Assembly: GCA_038923045.1 (NCBI GenBank)
Contig: JBCKWE010000003.1
Span: 5,416 to 69,415, forward strand
Direction of reading: 5' to 3'
Origin: Legionellaceae bacterium
GTDB taxonomy: Bacteria; Pseudomonadota; Gammaproteobacteria; Legionellales; Legionellaceae
DNA length: 64,000 nucleotides
Part shown: positions 16,594-26,466 of the stretch, piece by piece
How the letters are laid out: each line of letters opens with the position of its first letter
How positions within the stretch are numbered: position 1 is the first letter of the stretch
Made by a program: the position numbers and the translations under genes
The notes under the pieces: generated by a model
Told to the model about the DNA's origin: nothing
What the model saw: only the letters and a program-made list of their open reading frames with translations
The model's database searches: none

Positions 16594-17349
16594 ATGAATT
16601 TAATATTTGAAAATAAAGTCGCATTAATTACCGGTGGTGCGCGCGGTATTGGCAAGGCGTGTGCATTAAAATTGGCTCGTGCTGGCTGTGATGTGGCAAT
16701 TGTTTACTATAATAGCTCCGATGAAGCCGCTATTCTGCTTGATGAAATCAAGTCATTGGGGCGTCGAGCGGTGGCGTTTCAGGCGAATGTAGCGGACTAT
16801 CAATCAGTCAAGGATATGTTTTCGCAATTTCGTGAGCATTTTGACAAGCTTGATTTTTTGATAAGCAATGCGGCCAGTGGTGTGTTGAAACCGGCTCTGA
16901 AAATGACGACCAAACACTGGCGTTGGTGTATGGAAACGAACGCGTTGGCGCTGAATCATTTGGTCAGTGAGGGCCGTTCGCTGATGCCATTTGGTGGTCG
17001 TGTCGTTGCATTATCTAGTCTTGGTGCACACCGTGCCATTCCTAATTATGCGTTTATTGGTGCATCGAAAGCAGCACTTGAAGCCTTGGTTCGTTCATTG
17101 AGTCTTGAACTGGCTGAATTTGGTATCAGTGTCAATACGGTTTCAGCTGGTGTTGTTGATACGGACGCGTTAAAACATTTTCCAAATCGTGAGCAATTAC
17201 TCGCGGAATTTCAGGAAACATCCCTTGCAGGACGCCCTTTGATGCCTGAAGATGTCGCTGATACCGTTTATTTGTTGTGTTTGCCGGAAGCGGCCATGAT
17301 AAAAGGGCATACATTGTTCGTGGATGCAGGTTACAGTGTGGTGGGTTAG
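16594..17349 (+). CDS. fabL: SDR-family enoyl-ACP reductase, FabL-like
   Basis: TGGARGIGKA, NAASGVLKP, SSLGA..Y..SKAALE, and VSAGVVDTDALKHFPNREQLL closely follow the B. subtilis FabL pattern as I recall it. Confidence 0.6.
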   Translation: MNLIFENKVALITGGARGIGKACALKLARAGCDVAIVYYNSSDEAAILLDEIKSLGRRAVAFQANVADYQSVKDMFSQFREHFDKLDFLISNAASGVLKPALKMTTKHWRWCMETNALALNHLVSEGRSLMPFGGRVVALSSLGAHRAIPNYAFIGASKAALEALVRSLSLELAEFGISVNTVSAGVVDTDALKHFPNREQLLAEFQETSLAGRPLMPEDVADTVYLLCLPEAAMIKGHTLFVDAGYSVVG

Positions 17350-17354
17350 CGCGT

Positions 17355-17804
17355 ATGCAAATTTGGATGGATGGTGATGCTTGTCCAAAACCGATTAAGG
17401 ATATTTTGTTTCGCACAGCTACTCGCATGCAAACCACGCTAGTTGTTGTTTCTAATCATGCGCTGAATACGCCCGCATCAATTTTCATCAAACGATGTCA
17501 GGTGGGTGCTGGCTTCGATGTGGCCGACAACTATATCGTGGATAATATGCTAGCCGGTGATTTGGTGATTACGGCAGATATCCCGCTGGCGGATGACGTG
17601 GTTACAAAAGGAGGCTGCGCACTAAATCCCCGCGGCGAGTTGTACACGTCCAATAATATCAAACAATTATTAAGTCAACGCAATCATAATGAGACGTTGC
17701 GTGGTGGGGGGATGATCCATGGTGGGCCTGCGAAATTTGGTCATAAGGAAATTCAGAAATTTGCCAATGCACTCGATAAGTTTTTGGCACAACCGCGAAA
17801 ATGA
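17355..17804 (+). CDS. yaiI: YaiI/YqxD family protein (UPF0178/DUF188)
   Basis: MQIWMDGDACPKPIKDILFR...VSN...VGAGFDVADNYIV..GDLVITADIPLA. I moved the start from the track ORF (17277) to ATG 17355, just after the fabL stop. Confidence 0.7.
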   Translation: MQIWMDGDACPKPIKDILFRTATRMQTTLVVVSNHALNTPASIFIKRCQVGAGFDVADNYIVDNMLAGDLVITADIPLADDVVTKGGCALNPRGELYTSNNIKQLLSQRNHNETLRGGGMIHGGPAKFGHKEIQKFANALDKFLAQPRK

Positions 17805-17898
17805 CGCCAAAAATCAGTTCACGCCAGCATGGAATTATAAACAAAATCTGTGGTACAATCGTCGGTATTTTGAAATAGATTAAAGTTAAGGGTGTAAC

Positions 17899-18312
17899 AT
17901 GAATGTAGAGAGCGTTTATCCTAGGGTCAGGGAAATTATTGCTGATGTATTGGTTATTGATGAAGACGAGATCGCGTTAAATAGCCGTTTGATCGTTGAT
18001 TTGGGTGCTGAATCCATTGATTTTCTTGATCTTGTTTTCCAATTGGAAAAAGAATTTGCGATTAAAATTCCGCGTGGTCAGCTTGAAAAAAATGCGCGCG
18101 GTGAGTTGACTGAAGCCGAATTTGAAAAAGGAGGTGTGTTGACTGCCGCCGGGATGGTTGCATTGAAAAATTATTTGAGTGAGGTGCCTGATGAGTATTT
18201 TAAAGCCAACATGAAGGTGAATGAGACGCCGATGTTGTTTACGGTTGGAACGTTCTGTAAATTGATTGTTGCAGCAGTGACTGAAAAAAATGTGCGAGAC
18301 GTTACGGCCTAA
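17899..18312 (+). CDS. Acyl carrier protein with C-terminal extension (AcpXL-like position)
   Basis: Phosphopantetheine-site motif DLGAESIDFLDLVFQLEKEF. 137 aa. The stop overlaps the next start (TAATG). Confidence 0.75.
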   Translation: MNVESVYPRVREIIADVLVIDEDEIALNSRLIVDLGAESIDFLDLVFQLEKEFAIKIPRGQLEKNARGELTEAEFEKGGVLTAAGMVALKNYLSEVPDEYFKANMKVNETPMLFTVGTFCKLIVAAVTEKNVRDVTA

Positions 18313-19205
18313 TGTGCTTTCTATTCGTTGACAGAATTCTTGAGCTGGTGCCAGGCACACTAATTCGGGGTATTAAGCATATCACGCCGGATTCCAATTA
18401 TCTCAGCCCGGATGAACAAGGGAGGTTATGTTTCATGCCCTCGCTCATTGGTGAAACGCTGGGGCAACTGGCGGCTTGGAATGTTATGTTGAGTAATGAT
18501 TTCCAGCGCCGACCGGTTGCCGGTGTGGTATCCAGTGCGCGCTTGCATCAGTCAGCGTTTGTAGGCGAAACGCTGTTTCTCGAATCGTTTATTGATGAAC
18601 TGGATGACACGGCAGTGCAATACCACAGTGTTGCGCGCGTGAATGATGACATAGTATTTAGTATTGAGGGTGCACTGGGGCCTTTGTTGCCTATGGGTGA
18701 TTTTATCGATTCAGACGTGGTTCGCAGGCAATTTTCTGAAATTTATCGTCCTGGCGATAGTCTAGTTTGCTCACGTAGTCAACGCGATGAAAATTTATCG
18801 CCAAGGATGACAGCAGTTATAACACCACTGTTATTCGACAGCATTCTTACCAGCGAACCCGGTGTGCGATTGAGTGCTGAAAAACGGATTACACGAGCAG
18901 CGCCATATTTCGCGGATCATTTTCCAAACAAACCCGTCCTGCCGATGACGGTCTTGCTCGAATGTAAAATCAATTTAGCGCGTGAATTTGTAGCACAAGC
19001 GCAATTTTCAACGCCATATCACGTGCAGGCGTTGCGTAAAATAAAAATGAATGTGTTTGTCCATCCAGGCGATGTTCTGACGTCTTTTGTCACGGTAAAA
19101 TCTCACGATGCCAATGAACTGGTTTTGAGCTTTCGCAGTGAAGTGGATGGCAAACGCGTGTGTGTTTTAGAGATGGTGATGACCGCAAGAGGTAATGAAT
19201 TTTGA
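18312..19205 (+). CDS. Double-hotdog 3-hydroxyacyl-ACP dehydratase (FabZ/FabA-like)
   Basis: N-terminal half FLFVDRILELVPG..GIKHIT..SLIGETLGQLAAW. C-terminal half YFADHFPNKPVLPMTVLLE (FabZ active-site motif). Confidence 0.65.
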   Translation: MCFLFVDRILELVPGTLIRGIKHITPDSNYLSPDEQGRLCFMPSLIGETLGQLAAWNVMLSNDFQRRPVAGVVSSARLHQSAFVGETLFLESFIDELDDTAVQYHSVARVNDDIVFSIEGALGPLLPMGDFIDSDVVRRQFSEIYRPGDSLVCSRSQRDENLSPRMTAVITPLLFDSILTSEPGVRLSAEKRITRAAPYFADHFPNKPVLPMTVLLECKINLAREFVAQAQFSTPYHVQALRKIKMNVFVHPGDVLTSFVTVKSHDANELVLSFRSEVDGKRVCVLEMVMTARGNEF

Positions 19206-20506
19206 CTACAAAACGCCGAGTGGCCATTACAGGATTGGGTGTTGTGTCCCCCTTAGGCAATGATGTTCAATCAACCTGGACTAACCTGATGGCAGGCCAA
19301 TCGGGTATTGCCGACATTAGGCAATTTGATGCCAGTGCTTTTCCTGCGCGCATTGCGGCCGAAGTCAAAAATTTCACGCCCGCCGCCGCTCTAGTAACCA
19401 AACCTAATCGCTTTGCGATGTCGCTGACGCATTTTGCACTGGATGCAGCATTACAGGCTTTTTCCGATGCAGCTATTGTCCCAACAAAGCAAACCGCCAG
19501 CCGTTGGGGCGTGGTTGCAGGCAGCGGCATGATGACCGCTGAATTTGAATACTTGCAACGTTTTCAGCGTGCCTGTGCTACTGATGGTGTGGTTGATTGG
19601 GCGCGTTTGCAAGCAGAATCAGCTAAATTTTATCAATTGACCGATTTTGGTAAAACCACATCCAACACAGGCTTATCATTATTAATTCAACAATTTGGTA
19701 TTGAAGGCTATGCCACATCCGTTCATACGGCCTGCGCCTCAGGCGGACAAGCCCTTGGTTTGGCTTTGAATGTGATCCGTCGAGGCGATGCCGATTATAT
19801 GCTGGCGGGTGGATTTGATTCGATGATAAGCCCCTTGGGTGTATCCAGCTTTTGTCTTCTTGGCGCATTATCAACCTACAATGATACCCCCCACACAGCC
19901 AGTCGCCCGTTTGATGCCGCGCGCAATGGCTTTGTGTTAGGCGAGGGTGCCGCCTTTTTAATTTTGGAAGAATGGGAAAAAGCGCAAGCACGCGGCGCAC
20001 GTATCTACGCTGAATTGGCAGGAGAGGGCAATAGTTTAAGTTCCTATCGTATTACGGATTCACATCCAAATGGTGATGGCGCTATTCAGGCTATCGAACG
20101 CGCATTGCGGGATGCGGGGGTGAAGGCAACTGACGTTGATTACATTAATGCGCACGGCACATCGACCAAAATGAATGACCTGAGTGAAACCAACGCCATC
20201 AAGGCTGTCTTTGGTGAGAGCGCCTATAAAGTGCCTGTCAGTTCGACAAAAGGTCAAACAGGGCATTTGATTGCGGCAGCCGGAGCACTAGAAGCGGTGA
20301 TTTCTGTTTTGGCCATTCAACATGCACAACTGCCGATGACTGCAAATTTAACCACGCCGGATCCAGATTGTAATTTGGATTATGTGATTGAAGGACCACG
20401 CGAAAAATCATTGGGCGTGGTGCTATCCAATTCATTTGGGTTTGGTGGTTCTAATAGTTGTTTGTTATTCAAACACCCTGAATTTGAAGGACGACATCAT
20501 GCTTGA
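19202..20506 (+). CDS. Beta-ketoacyl-ACP synthase (FabF/FabB family), catalytically complete
   Basis: VAITGLGVVSPLGN, Cys motif VHTACASGGQALG, His motifs NAHGTSTKMND and GHLIAAAG. The TTG start overlaps the upstream stop. Confidence 0.85.
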   Translation: MTTKRRVAITGLGVVSPLGNDVQSTWTNLMAGQSGIADIRQFDASAFPARIAAEVKNFTPAAALVTKPNRFAMSLTHFALDAALQAFSDAAIVPTKQTASRWGVVAGSGMMTAEFEYLQRFQRACATDGVVDWARLQAESAKFYQLTDFGKTTSNTGLSLLIQQFGIEGYATSVHTACASGGQALGLALNVIRRGDADYMLAGGFDSMISPLGVSSFCLLGALSTYNDTPHTASRPFDAARNGFVLGEGAAFLILEEWEKAQARGARIYAELAGEGNSLSSYRITDSHPNGDGAIQAIERALRDAGVKATDVDYINAHGTSTKMNDLSETNAIKAVFGESAYKVPVSSTKGQTGHLIAAAGALEAVISVLAIQHAQLPMTANLTTPDPDCNLDYVIEGPREKSLGVVLSNSFGFGGSNSCLLFKHPEFEGRHHA

Positions 20507-21776
20507 TACCAATCGTGTTTTTATAACAGGCTTAAGTGCATTAACAGCATCAGGTTCCACAGCCGATGAAACTTGGGCCGCCATACTCGCAGGCGAAAGT
20601 GGCATTGCAGACATCACGCAATCGGACTTATCCTCATGGACTCACCGTTTGGGCGGGGAATTGAAACATTATCAGCCCGCCAACATGTTGCCTGATCGTA
20701 AATTATTGAAATCAATCTCACGTCAGGATGTGTTGGGGATCAACGCGGCCATGCAGGCAATTCAGCACAGCCAATTGATAGCTTACCGCGCCACACTTGA
20801 ATCAACCGTTGTATTTAATGACGAAACGGCCGTATTTGTTGGATCGCCTGGTAATAAATATTACCAGCAATATGATTTTTTGCCATTGATTGCTAAAACC
20901 GGCGATGACATGCAGGCCTTTGCTAACCAGTTGTTTGACGAAGTGCACCCGACTTGGTTGTTACGCATTCTGCCGAATAACGTCCTGGCCTATACTGGCA
21001 TTACGTATGGCTTTAAAGGGGTAAACCATAACATAGCCAATCATGCCGTGGGGGGTATGCAGGCCATTATTGAAGCGTATCACACGATTAAACAAGGCTT
21101 GGCAAATCGTGCCATCGTGGTGGCTTATGATGTTGGCACCGAACCTCAAGCGCTATTTTATTACGACAAACTAGGGGTTGTGAGTGCGCAGCACTTGAAA
21201 CCATTCGATAAGGCACATGATGGCACGATCCTGGCGGAAGGTGCAGCGTCCCTTGTTGTCGAAAGTGAAGCCAGTGCGCAGGCGCGCGGGGCTACATGTT
21301 ATGCTGAAATAATCGGTGGAATGTCCGCAACAGAAGCCTCCGGATTATTTTCCATTGAGGCTGATGGTGCACAGTTGGCAGGCTTGATGGAACGCACCTT
21401 GGCGAATCAGCACGTGAATCCTGCCAACGTTGGGTTGTTAGTCGCACATGGTAATGGCAATCAAAAATCTGACGTCAGTGAAGCGCAGGCCGTGTGTGCG
21501 GTTTTTGGTGAACGTCAGGTACCCGTTACCGCGTTTAAATGGGCAATGGGGCATACGCTATGTGCGTCTGGCGTTTTGGATACGGTATTAGCAACCTATG
21601 CATTACGTGCGAAATACGCACCGGGGATTGCTAATCTTGACACCTTGGCACCTGAATGTGCAACGCTTGACGCAACACGCGAAACACGAAACCTTGATAA
21701 AAATAAACCTTACGCATTGGTTATTAATCGCGGTTTTGCCAGCATGAACGCCTGCTTGGTGATCAAATCCCTATGA
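20499..21776 (+). CDS. KS-like protein lacking the active-site Cys (chain-length-factor-like partner)
   Basis: VFITGLSALTASG, but HNIANHAVGGMQAI replaces TACASG. AHGNGNQKSD and GHTLCASG are retained. Start moved to ATG 20499 (ATGCTTGA overlap with the upstream stop). Confidence 0.7.
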   Translation: MLDTNRVFITGLSALTASGSTADETWAAILAGESGIADITQSDLSSWTHRLGGELKHYQPANMLPDRKLLKSISRQDVLGINAAMQAIQHSQLIAYRATLESTVVFNDETAVFVGSPGNKYYQQYDFLPLIAKTGDDMQAFANQLFDEVHPTWLLRILPNNVLAYTGITYGFKGVNHNIANHAVGGMQAIIEAYHTIKQGLANRAIVVAYDVGTEPQALFYYDKLGVVSAQHLKPFDKAHDGTILAEGAASLVVESEASAQARGATCYAEIIGGMSATEASGLFSIEADGAQLAGLMERTLANQHVNPANVGLLVAHGNGNQKSDVSEAQAVCAVFGERQVPVTAFKWAMGHTLCASGVLDTVLATYALRAKYAPGIANLDTLAPECATLDATRETRNLDKNKPYALVINRGFASMNACLVIKSL

Positions 21777-22621
21777 GAGAGCGTCTAATTACACAACTCA
21801 AGAACATGCCCGTTTCCCTGATGGGCACGTTTATTTATCACTGCATTCCCTACCGCAGACGCGTGGTTACCGACAATATAAAACAGGTATTTGACACGCT
21901 ATTAACCAGACCAGAACAAGCGCATTTAGCAAAAGCCTTCTATTCTCATCTCGTGACTTCAATCAAAGAAATGATTCACCTACGCTTTTTAACTGAAAAA
22001 CAATTGTGCGCGCGTGTGGATGTGGTTGGGTATGAGCGTTTACTGGCAGTGGCTGCGGCCGGCAAGGGTGTATTGGTATTAACTGGTCATTTTGGAAACT
22101 GGGAATTTGCACCACTCGGTGGCATTTTAAATTTCAAACAGTTTCAAGGTCAGTTTCACTTTATTCGCCGCACGCTGGGTAGCAAAACCCTTGAACGTAT
22201 TTTGTTCCGCCGCTATTTTAAAGCCGGTTTGAATGTGATTCCAAAAAAAGACTCCTTGCAGCAAGTATGTGATCTTTTGGAAAAAAATCATGCGGTAGTG
22301 TTCGTGCTTGATCAACATGCATCCCTTGTTAATCGTGATGGTGTTGCGGTAGAATTTTTTGGAAAAAAAGCAGGGACGTACCGAAGCCTAGCCAGTTTTT
22401 CACGCCACACAGGTGTTCCTGTGATCCCGGCCGCAGGTTATCGACTTCCAAACGGCCGTCACGTTCTGGCGTTTCACGAACCCATTGCCTGGGTTGATTA
22501 TCCCACCACAAAAGAATCAATCTATCGCAATACTTATGCTTATAACCAAGCCCTTGAACGAATTATTTTAGAACACCCTGAGCAATGGTTGTGGTTGCAC
22601 AAGCGTTGGAAGTTAAAGTAG
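21773..22621 (+). CDS. LpxL/HtrB-family (LPLAT) late acyltransferase, LpxXL-like position
   Basis: LTGHFGNWEF (HX4E/D motif), ..VFVLDQH.., and C-terminal PEQWLWLHKRWK, typical of lipid A lauroyl/myristoyl acyltransferases. ATGA overlap with the upstream gene. Confidence 0.7.
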   Translation: MRERLITQLKNMPVSLMGTFIYHCIPYRRRVVTDNIKQVFDTLLTRPEQAHLAKAFYSHLVTSIKEMIHLRFLTEKQLCARVDVVGYERLLAVAAAGKGVLVLTGHFGNWEFAPLGGILNFKQFQGQFHFIRRTLGSKTLERILFRRYFKAGLNVIPKKDSLQQVCDLLEKNHAVVFVLDQHASLVNRDGVAVEFFGKKAGTYRSLASFSRHTGVPVIPAAGYRLPNGRHVLAFHEPIAWVDYPTTKESIYRNTYAYNQALERIILEHPEQWLWLHKRWKLK

Positions 22622-22754
22622 ATATTTCGTATCCTCTGCATATCGCCTAGTAGGACCGAGTAATTGAAAGATAAAGGAACATCTTTTTCTTTAAATTCCA
22701 TTATACTTCCGAATACGATCTTATTGTTATGCTTCAAAAAGAGGAATTATTACC

Positions 22755-23454
22755 ATGAGAATGAGCATATACACAGTAGTATTACTAGTATTTACAATAA
22801 ATGCGAATGCATGGTGGAGGGATACGCATTCAGCCTTTACTGTAATTGCGCTACAAGGCATAACACAAAAAACGCAACATGAAGTGAACCTATTATTAAG
22901 CCACCCTATTACTGGGTTTGGTTCAAAAGAGCCTATCAACCAATCGATAGATCTGATAAATGGCTCTTGGGCTGATGCAATTAAGCAAGTCAAATGGCAA
23001 CATCCAGATGCACGTTTATTTTATAAATCCATGCATTTCATTAATGTTCCAGGACATCTTGGGGATACACTGGATGTTTCTCAATCACGACAACGTATTT
23101 TAATTTTTCTTACGCAAAATGAAAAAAAGAAAATGAATATCATCGATGGCATACAGAGCCTGATTAAAACCATACAATCGGCTGATGAATCGATGAGAAA
23201 TAAAGCCATTGCGTTGCGGCTTCTTGTATCTTTGCTTGGTGATATACACCAACCTATGCACCTGCTTGATGTTTATATTAACAATAAGAGTACGAATGGA
23301 CAAAATCTAATTCATATTGAACCAACGATATCATTGGTTGGATATGCTGGAACATCCGAAAAAATAACCGTTCTACATCTGCTCTGGGATGCTTCAGGCG
23401 GATTTGTAAAAATAAACAATAACGTTACCATCTCGCCAGGCTCAGCTTACCTGT
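22755..23454 (+). pseudogene. S1/P1 nuclease gene, 5' fragment (interrupted by IS)
   Basis: Signal peptide then WWRDTHSAFTVIAL, GSWADAIK, FINVP, GDIHQPMH and LHLLWDAS (S1/P1 Zn-ligand motifs). The reading frame runs into the IS and stops at 23457-23459. Confidence 0.8.
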
Positions 23455-23709
23455 TGTAGACAGGGTTCCTAACCCGCTAATAAATGGCGCAGGTCGCGCA
23501 TAACCTCAAAAATCCAGTTTCTCAAGACAGAAATTAAGGTAGTCCACAAAAAGAACAATTCGATAAAGTAATCTAAAATTAAGGGACTAATGAAACCCGT
23601 TTGATATCGTTAGTGATTCCTTGGTCCCTACGGTATCAAACGTCGCCAGTCCCTTGATATAAAGCATATCACGAGATCACAAAAATGCCAGGTTTCATTA
23701 AGCAAAGGA

Positions 23710-24150
23710 ATGCTTATGGAACCAACAGCCAGACTATATCAATGCGTGCGCTGCCACGAACAAACCACCATCTGCCGCGAGTGCGACCGAGGTAATATTT
23801 ATTGCAACAACGGCTGTGCTGCTATTGCACGCCTAATATCACTGAAACTTGCCGCGGCTCGTTACCAAGCCACCTTCAATGGAAAACGTCATAATGCTGC
23901 ACGCCAAGCCCGTTTTCGAAGGGATCATAAAAAAATAGTAACGCATCATAGTTCACCCCCTCCCCCTAAAAATGATTCAATTGAATTGCTTGAAAACGGG
24001 ACTAAAAAGATAGAAAACAGACAACAAAACACAGCCTTAACCTGCTGCTTTTGTAGAAAACCGGTGTCTGTCTGGCTTCGTAATGATTTTGTACGCCGAA
24101 GAGGCCCTCAAAAATCAAGTGGATCCCAGGCTCGTCCTCAAGCCCCTTGA
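23710..24150 (+). CDS. Cys-rich small protein carried inside the IS (function unknown)
   Basis: CVRCHEQTTICRECDRGNIYCNNGC (zinc-ribbon-like) followed by a basic region, with a second CCFC. It lies between the left IR and istA. Confidence 0.45.
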   Translation: MLMEPTARLYQCVRCHEQTTICRECDRGNIYCNNGCAAIARLISLKLAAARYQATFNGKRHNAARQARFRRDHKKIVTHHSSPPPPKNDSIELLENGTKKIENRQQNTALTCCFCRKPVSVWLRNDFVRRRGPQKSSGSQARPQAP

Positions 24151-24175
24151 ACATTAACCAACAAAAGGAGAATTC

Positions 24176-25678
24176 ATGACGGTATCGGATGAATTACAAG
24201 CAAACATCTTGCGCTTTCATCACGTTGAAAAATGGCGTGTGGGGACGATTGCGTCCCAATTAGGCGTGCATCACAGTACTATCAAGCGCGTTTTGGCAGA
24301 AACGGGGATCCCTAAACGAAAAATCCTTGTCCATCGGTCAATAATGGATCCCTATTTATCATTTATATTGGATACGTTACAACGTTACCCAACCCTGACA
24401 GCGAGTCGCTTGTATGCGATGGTACAAGAACGTGGCTATCCTGGCGGAGCAGATCATTTTCGCCACCTCATCTCATGCTATCGACCGCGTCCCGCAGCAG
24501 AAGCTTATTTACGACTAAGAATGCTACCCGGCGAGCAGGCTCAGGTTGATTGGGGACACTTCGGCTATATGACGATAGGACAAGCCAGACGACCACTCAT
24601 GGCTTTCGTCATGGTCTTGAGCTATTCCCGTAAAATTTATCTGCATTTTTACCTCAATCAACGCACTGAAAATTTTTTACGTGGTCATGAAAAAGCCTTT
24701 CAGTCCTTTGCTGGCGTGCCTCGCGTACTATTATATGACAACCTCAAGAGCGCCGTTTTGGAACGCCAGGGAGATGCCATTCGGTTCAACCCAACACTGC
24801 TGTCGTTTGCGGCTCACTACCACTTTGAACCGCGGCCTTGCGCTGTTTACCGGGGAAATGAAAAAGGACGAGTGGAGCGCGCCATCCGCTATGTTCGTGA
24901 TAATTTCTTTGCAGCACGCCAGTATAGTTCCCTCGATGACTTGAATGCCCAGGCAAACCACTGGTGTGAAACGCAGGCTGCCAACAGGCCTTGTCCTGAG
25001 GATAAAACCAGGTCTGTCCGGGATGTGTTTCAAGAGGAGCAACCACGATTAATAGCTATCCCCGACAACCCATTTCCGGTCGATGAAACAGAAACCGTTC
25101 ACATCGGAAAAACACCTTACGCCCGATTCGATTTGAATGACTATTCTGTTCCGCACGACCATGTGCGTAAAACGTTAACCGTTCAAGCCACACTGGATGT
25201 TGTGACGATACTGGATGGAGTAACCGTGCTCGCCAAACACCCTCGAAATTATGACAAAGCGAAACAAATCGAATGTCCTGAGCACATTGCAACCCTGATT
25301 GAACGCAAGAAACGGGCCCGCCTGCACCGAGGTCAAAATCGGTTAACACACGCCATTGATTGCGCGCGCGATTTTCTGGATGCAGCGGCCCTGCGTGGTT
25401 ACACGCTGGGGTCAACGACCAATCAACTGATGTCATTACTAGACGATTATGGAGCCAGTGTACTGGAAGAGGCGATGAAAGACGCACTGGGGCGCGGTGT
25501 TCCTCATCCAAATGCAGTGCGTCTGAGTTTGCAACGCCGGCAAGATGAGCGTCAGCAACTACCATCGATTGCCGTGTCTTTATCCAATGATAAACGTGTC
25601 AATGAACTGGTTGTAAAGCCACATAAATTAAGCGATTACGATGTGCTCAATCAACAAAAACCAATGAAGGAAAAATAA
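24176..25678 (+). CDS. istA: IS21-family transposase IstA
   Basis: N-terminal HTH (WRVGTIASQLGVHHSTIKR) and DDE/integrase core starting LPGEQAQVDWGHF. 500 aa. GGAGAA RBS. Confidence 0.9.
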   Translation: MTVSDELQANILRFHHVEKWRVGTIASQLGVHHSTIKRVLAETGIPKRKILVHRSIMDPYLSFILDTLQRYPTLTASRLYAMVQERGYPGGADHFRHLISCYRPRPAAEAYLRLRMLPGEQAQVDWGHFGYMTIGQARRPLMAFVMVLSYSRKIYLHFYLNQRTENFLRGHEKAFQSFAGVPRVLLYDNLKSAVLERQGDAIRFNPTLLSFAAHYHFEPRPCAVYRGNEKGRVERAIRYVRDNFFAARQYSSLDDLNAQANHWCETQAANRPCPEDKTRSVRDVFQEEQPRLIAIPDNPFPVDETETVHIGKTPYARFDLNDYSVPHDHVRKTLTVQATLDVVTILDGVTVLAKHPRNYDKAKQIECPEHIATLIERKKRARLHRGQNRLTHAIDCARDFLDAAALRGYTLGSTTNQLMSLLDDYGASVLEEAMKDALGRGVPHPNAVRLSLQRRQDERQQLPSIAVSLSNDKRVNELVVKPHKLSDYDVLNQQKPMKEK

Positions 25679-25680
25679 TC

Positions 25681-26466
25681 ATGTTACCTGATTTATTACT
25701 GCAACGTGCGAAAGCATTGAAACTGAATGGACTGATCAATCACTGGGACGAAGTGCAGGATACGCCATGGATAGAGCCACTGATCTGCTGGGAAGAAGTA
25801 CATCGTTCACAGCGAAGTCTAGATAGCCGTCTTCGGAATGCTCGCATCGGTCGCTTTAAATTGTTGGCCAACTTTGACTGGAACTGGCCTAAATGTTGTG
25901 ATCGTGATGCCATTGAAGAGTGGATGCAGCTGAGTTTTATGAAAGAGGCGAACAATCTCATTTTATGTGGTCCAAATGCGGTGGGAAAAACCATGATTGC
26001 TCAAAACGTCACGCACCAAGCGGTTTTGAAGGGACACACCGCCTTGTTCACAACAGCCGCTGGCATGTTAAATGAACTGGCAGCTCTCGATAGCGATAGC
26101 GCGTTGCGCCGTCGCATCAAATATTATGTGCAGCCCGCACTGCTCATCATCGACGAAGTTGGTTACCTTTCCTATTCTAACCGCCATGCGGACTTGTTGT
26201 TTGAAATCATCTCGCGCCGCTATGAGGAAAAATCAACGATGATCACCACCAACAAACCATTTAATGAATGGCGTGACATCTTTCCCAATGCGACCTGTGT
26301 GGTCTCGATCATCGACAGGCTCGTTCATCATTCCGAGATAGTAAACATCGATGCCGAGTCGTACCGACTTAAGGAATGGAAAGATAGCAGCGCAAAAAAA
26401 TCGGCAGATCGGGCTAAGAAAAGGAAACCAGCCCAGACTCAAGCTGAGGAGATAAATCATGCGTGA
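25681..26466 (+). CDS. istB: IS21-family helper ATPase IstB
   Basis: Walker A GPNAVGKTMIAQ and Walker B LLIIDEVGYL. 261 aa, starting 3 nt after the istA stop. Confidence 0.9.
   Translation: MLPDLLLQRAKALKLNGLINHWDEVQDTPWIEPLICWEEVHRSQRSLDSRLRNARIGRFKLLANFDWNWPKCCDRDAIEEWMQLSFMKEANNLILCGPNAVGKTMIAQNVTHQAVLKGHTALFTTAAGMLNELAALDSDSALRRRIKYYVQPALLIIDEVGYLSYSNRHADLLFEIISRRYEEKSTMITTNKPFNEWRDIFPNATCVVSIIDRLVHHSEIVNIDAESYRLKEWKDSSAKKSADRAKKRKPAQTQAEEINHA

Noticed and set aside
20388-20498. Upstream extensions of several track ORFs: 20388, 17277, 27284, 34361, 40667, 42761(-), 55372(-), 56060(-) and 49235(-).
   Set aside because: The extensions overlap the preceding gene or a repeat and lack homology. 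Internal starts with an RBS and/or ATGA-type coupling (20499, 17355, 27344, 34478, 40760 GTG, 42734, 55297, 56006, 49187) give family-typical N-termini.
16594-22621. Interpreting the ACP/DH/KS/KS/acyltransferase operon as an aryl-polyene (APE) pigment cluster.
   Set aside because: The APE hallmark genes (second ACP, ketoreductase/thioesterase/methyltransferase set, MMPL/LolA-like exporters, ammonia-lyase or adenylation enzyme) are absent from the flanks. The five-gene order fits the acpXL-lpxXL cassette better. This is kept as the alternative to be excluded by phylogeny.
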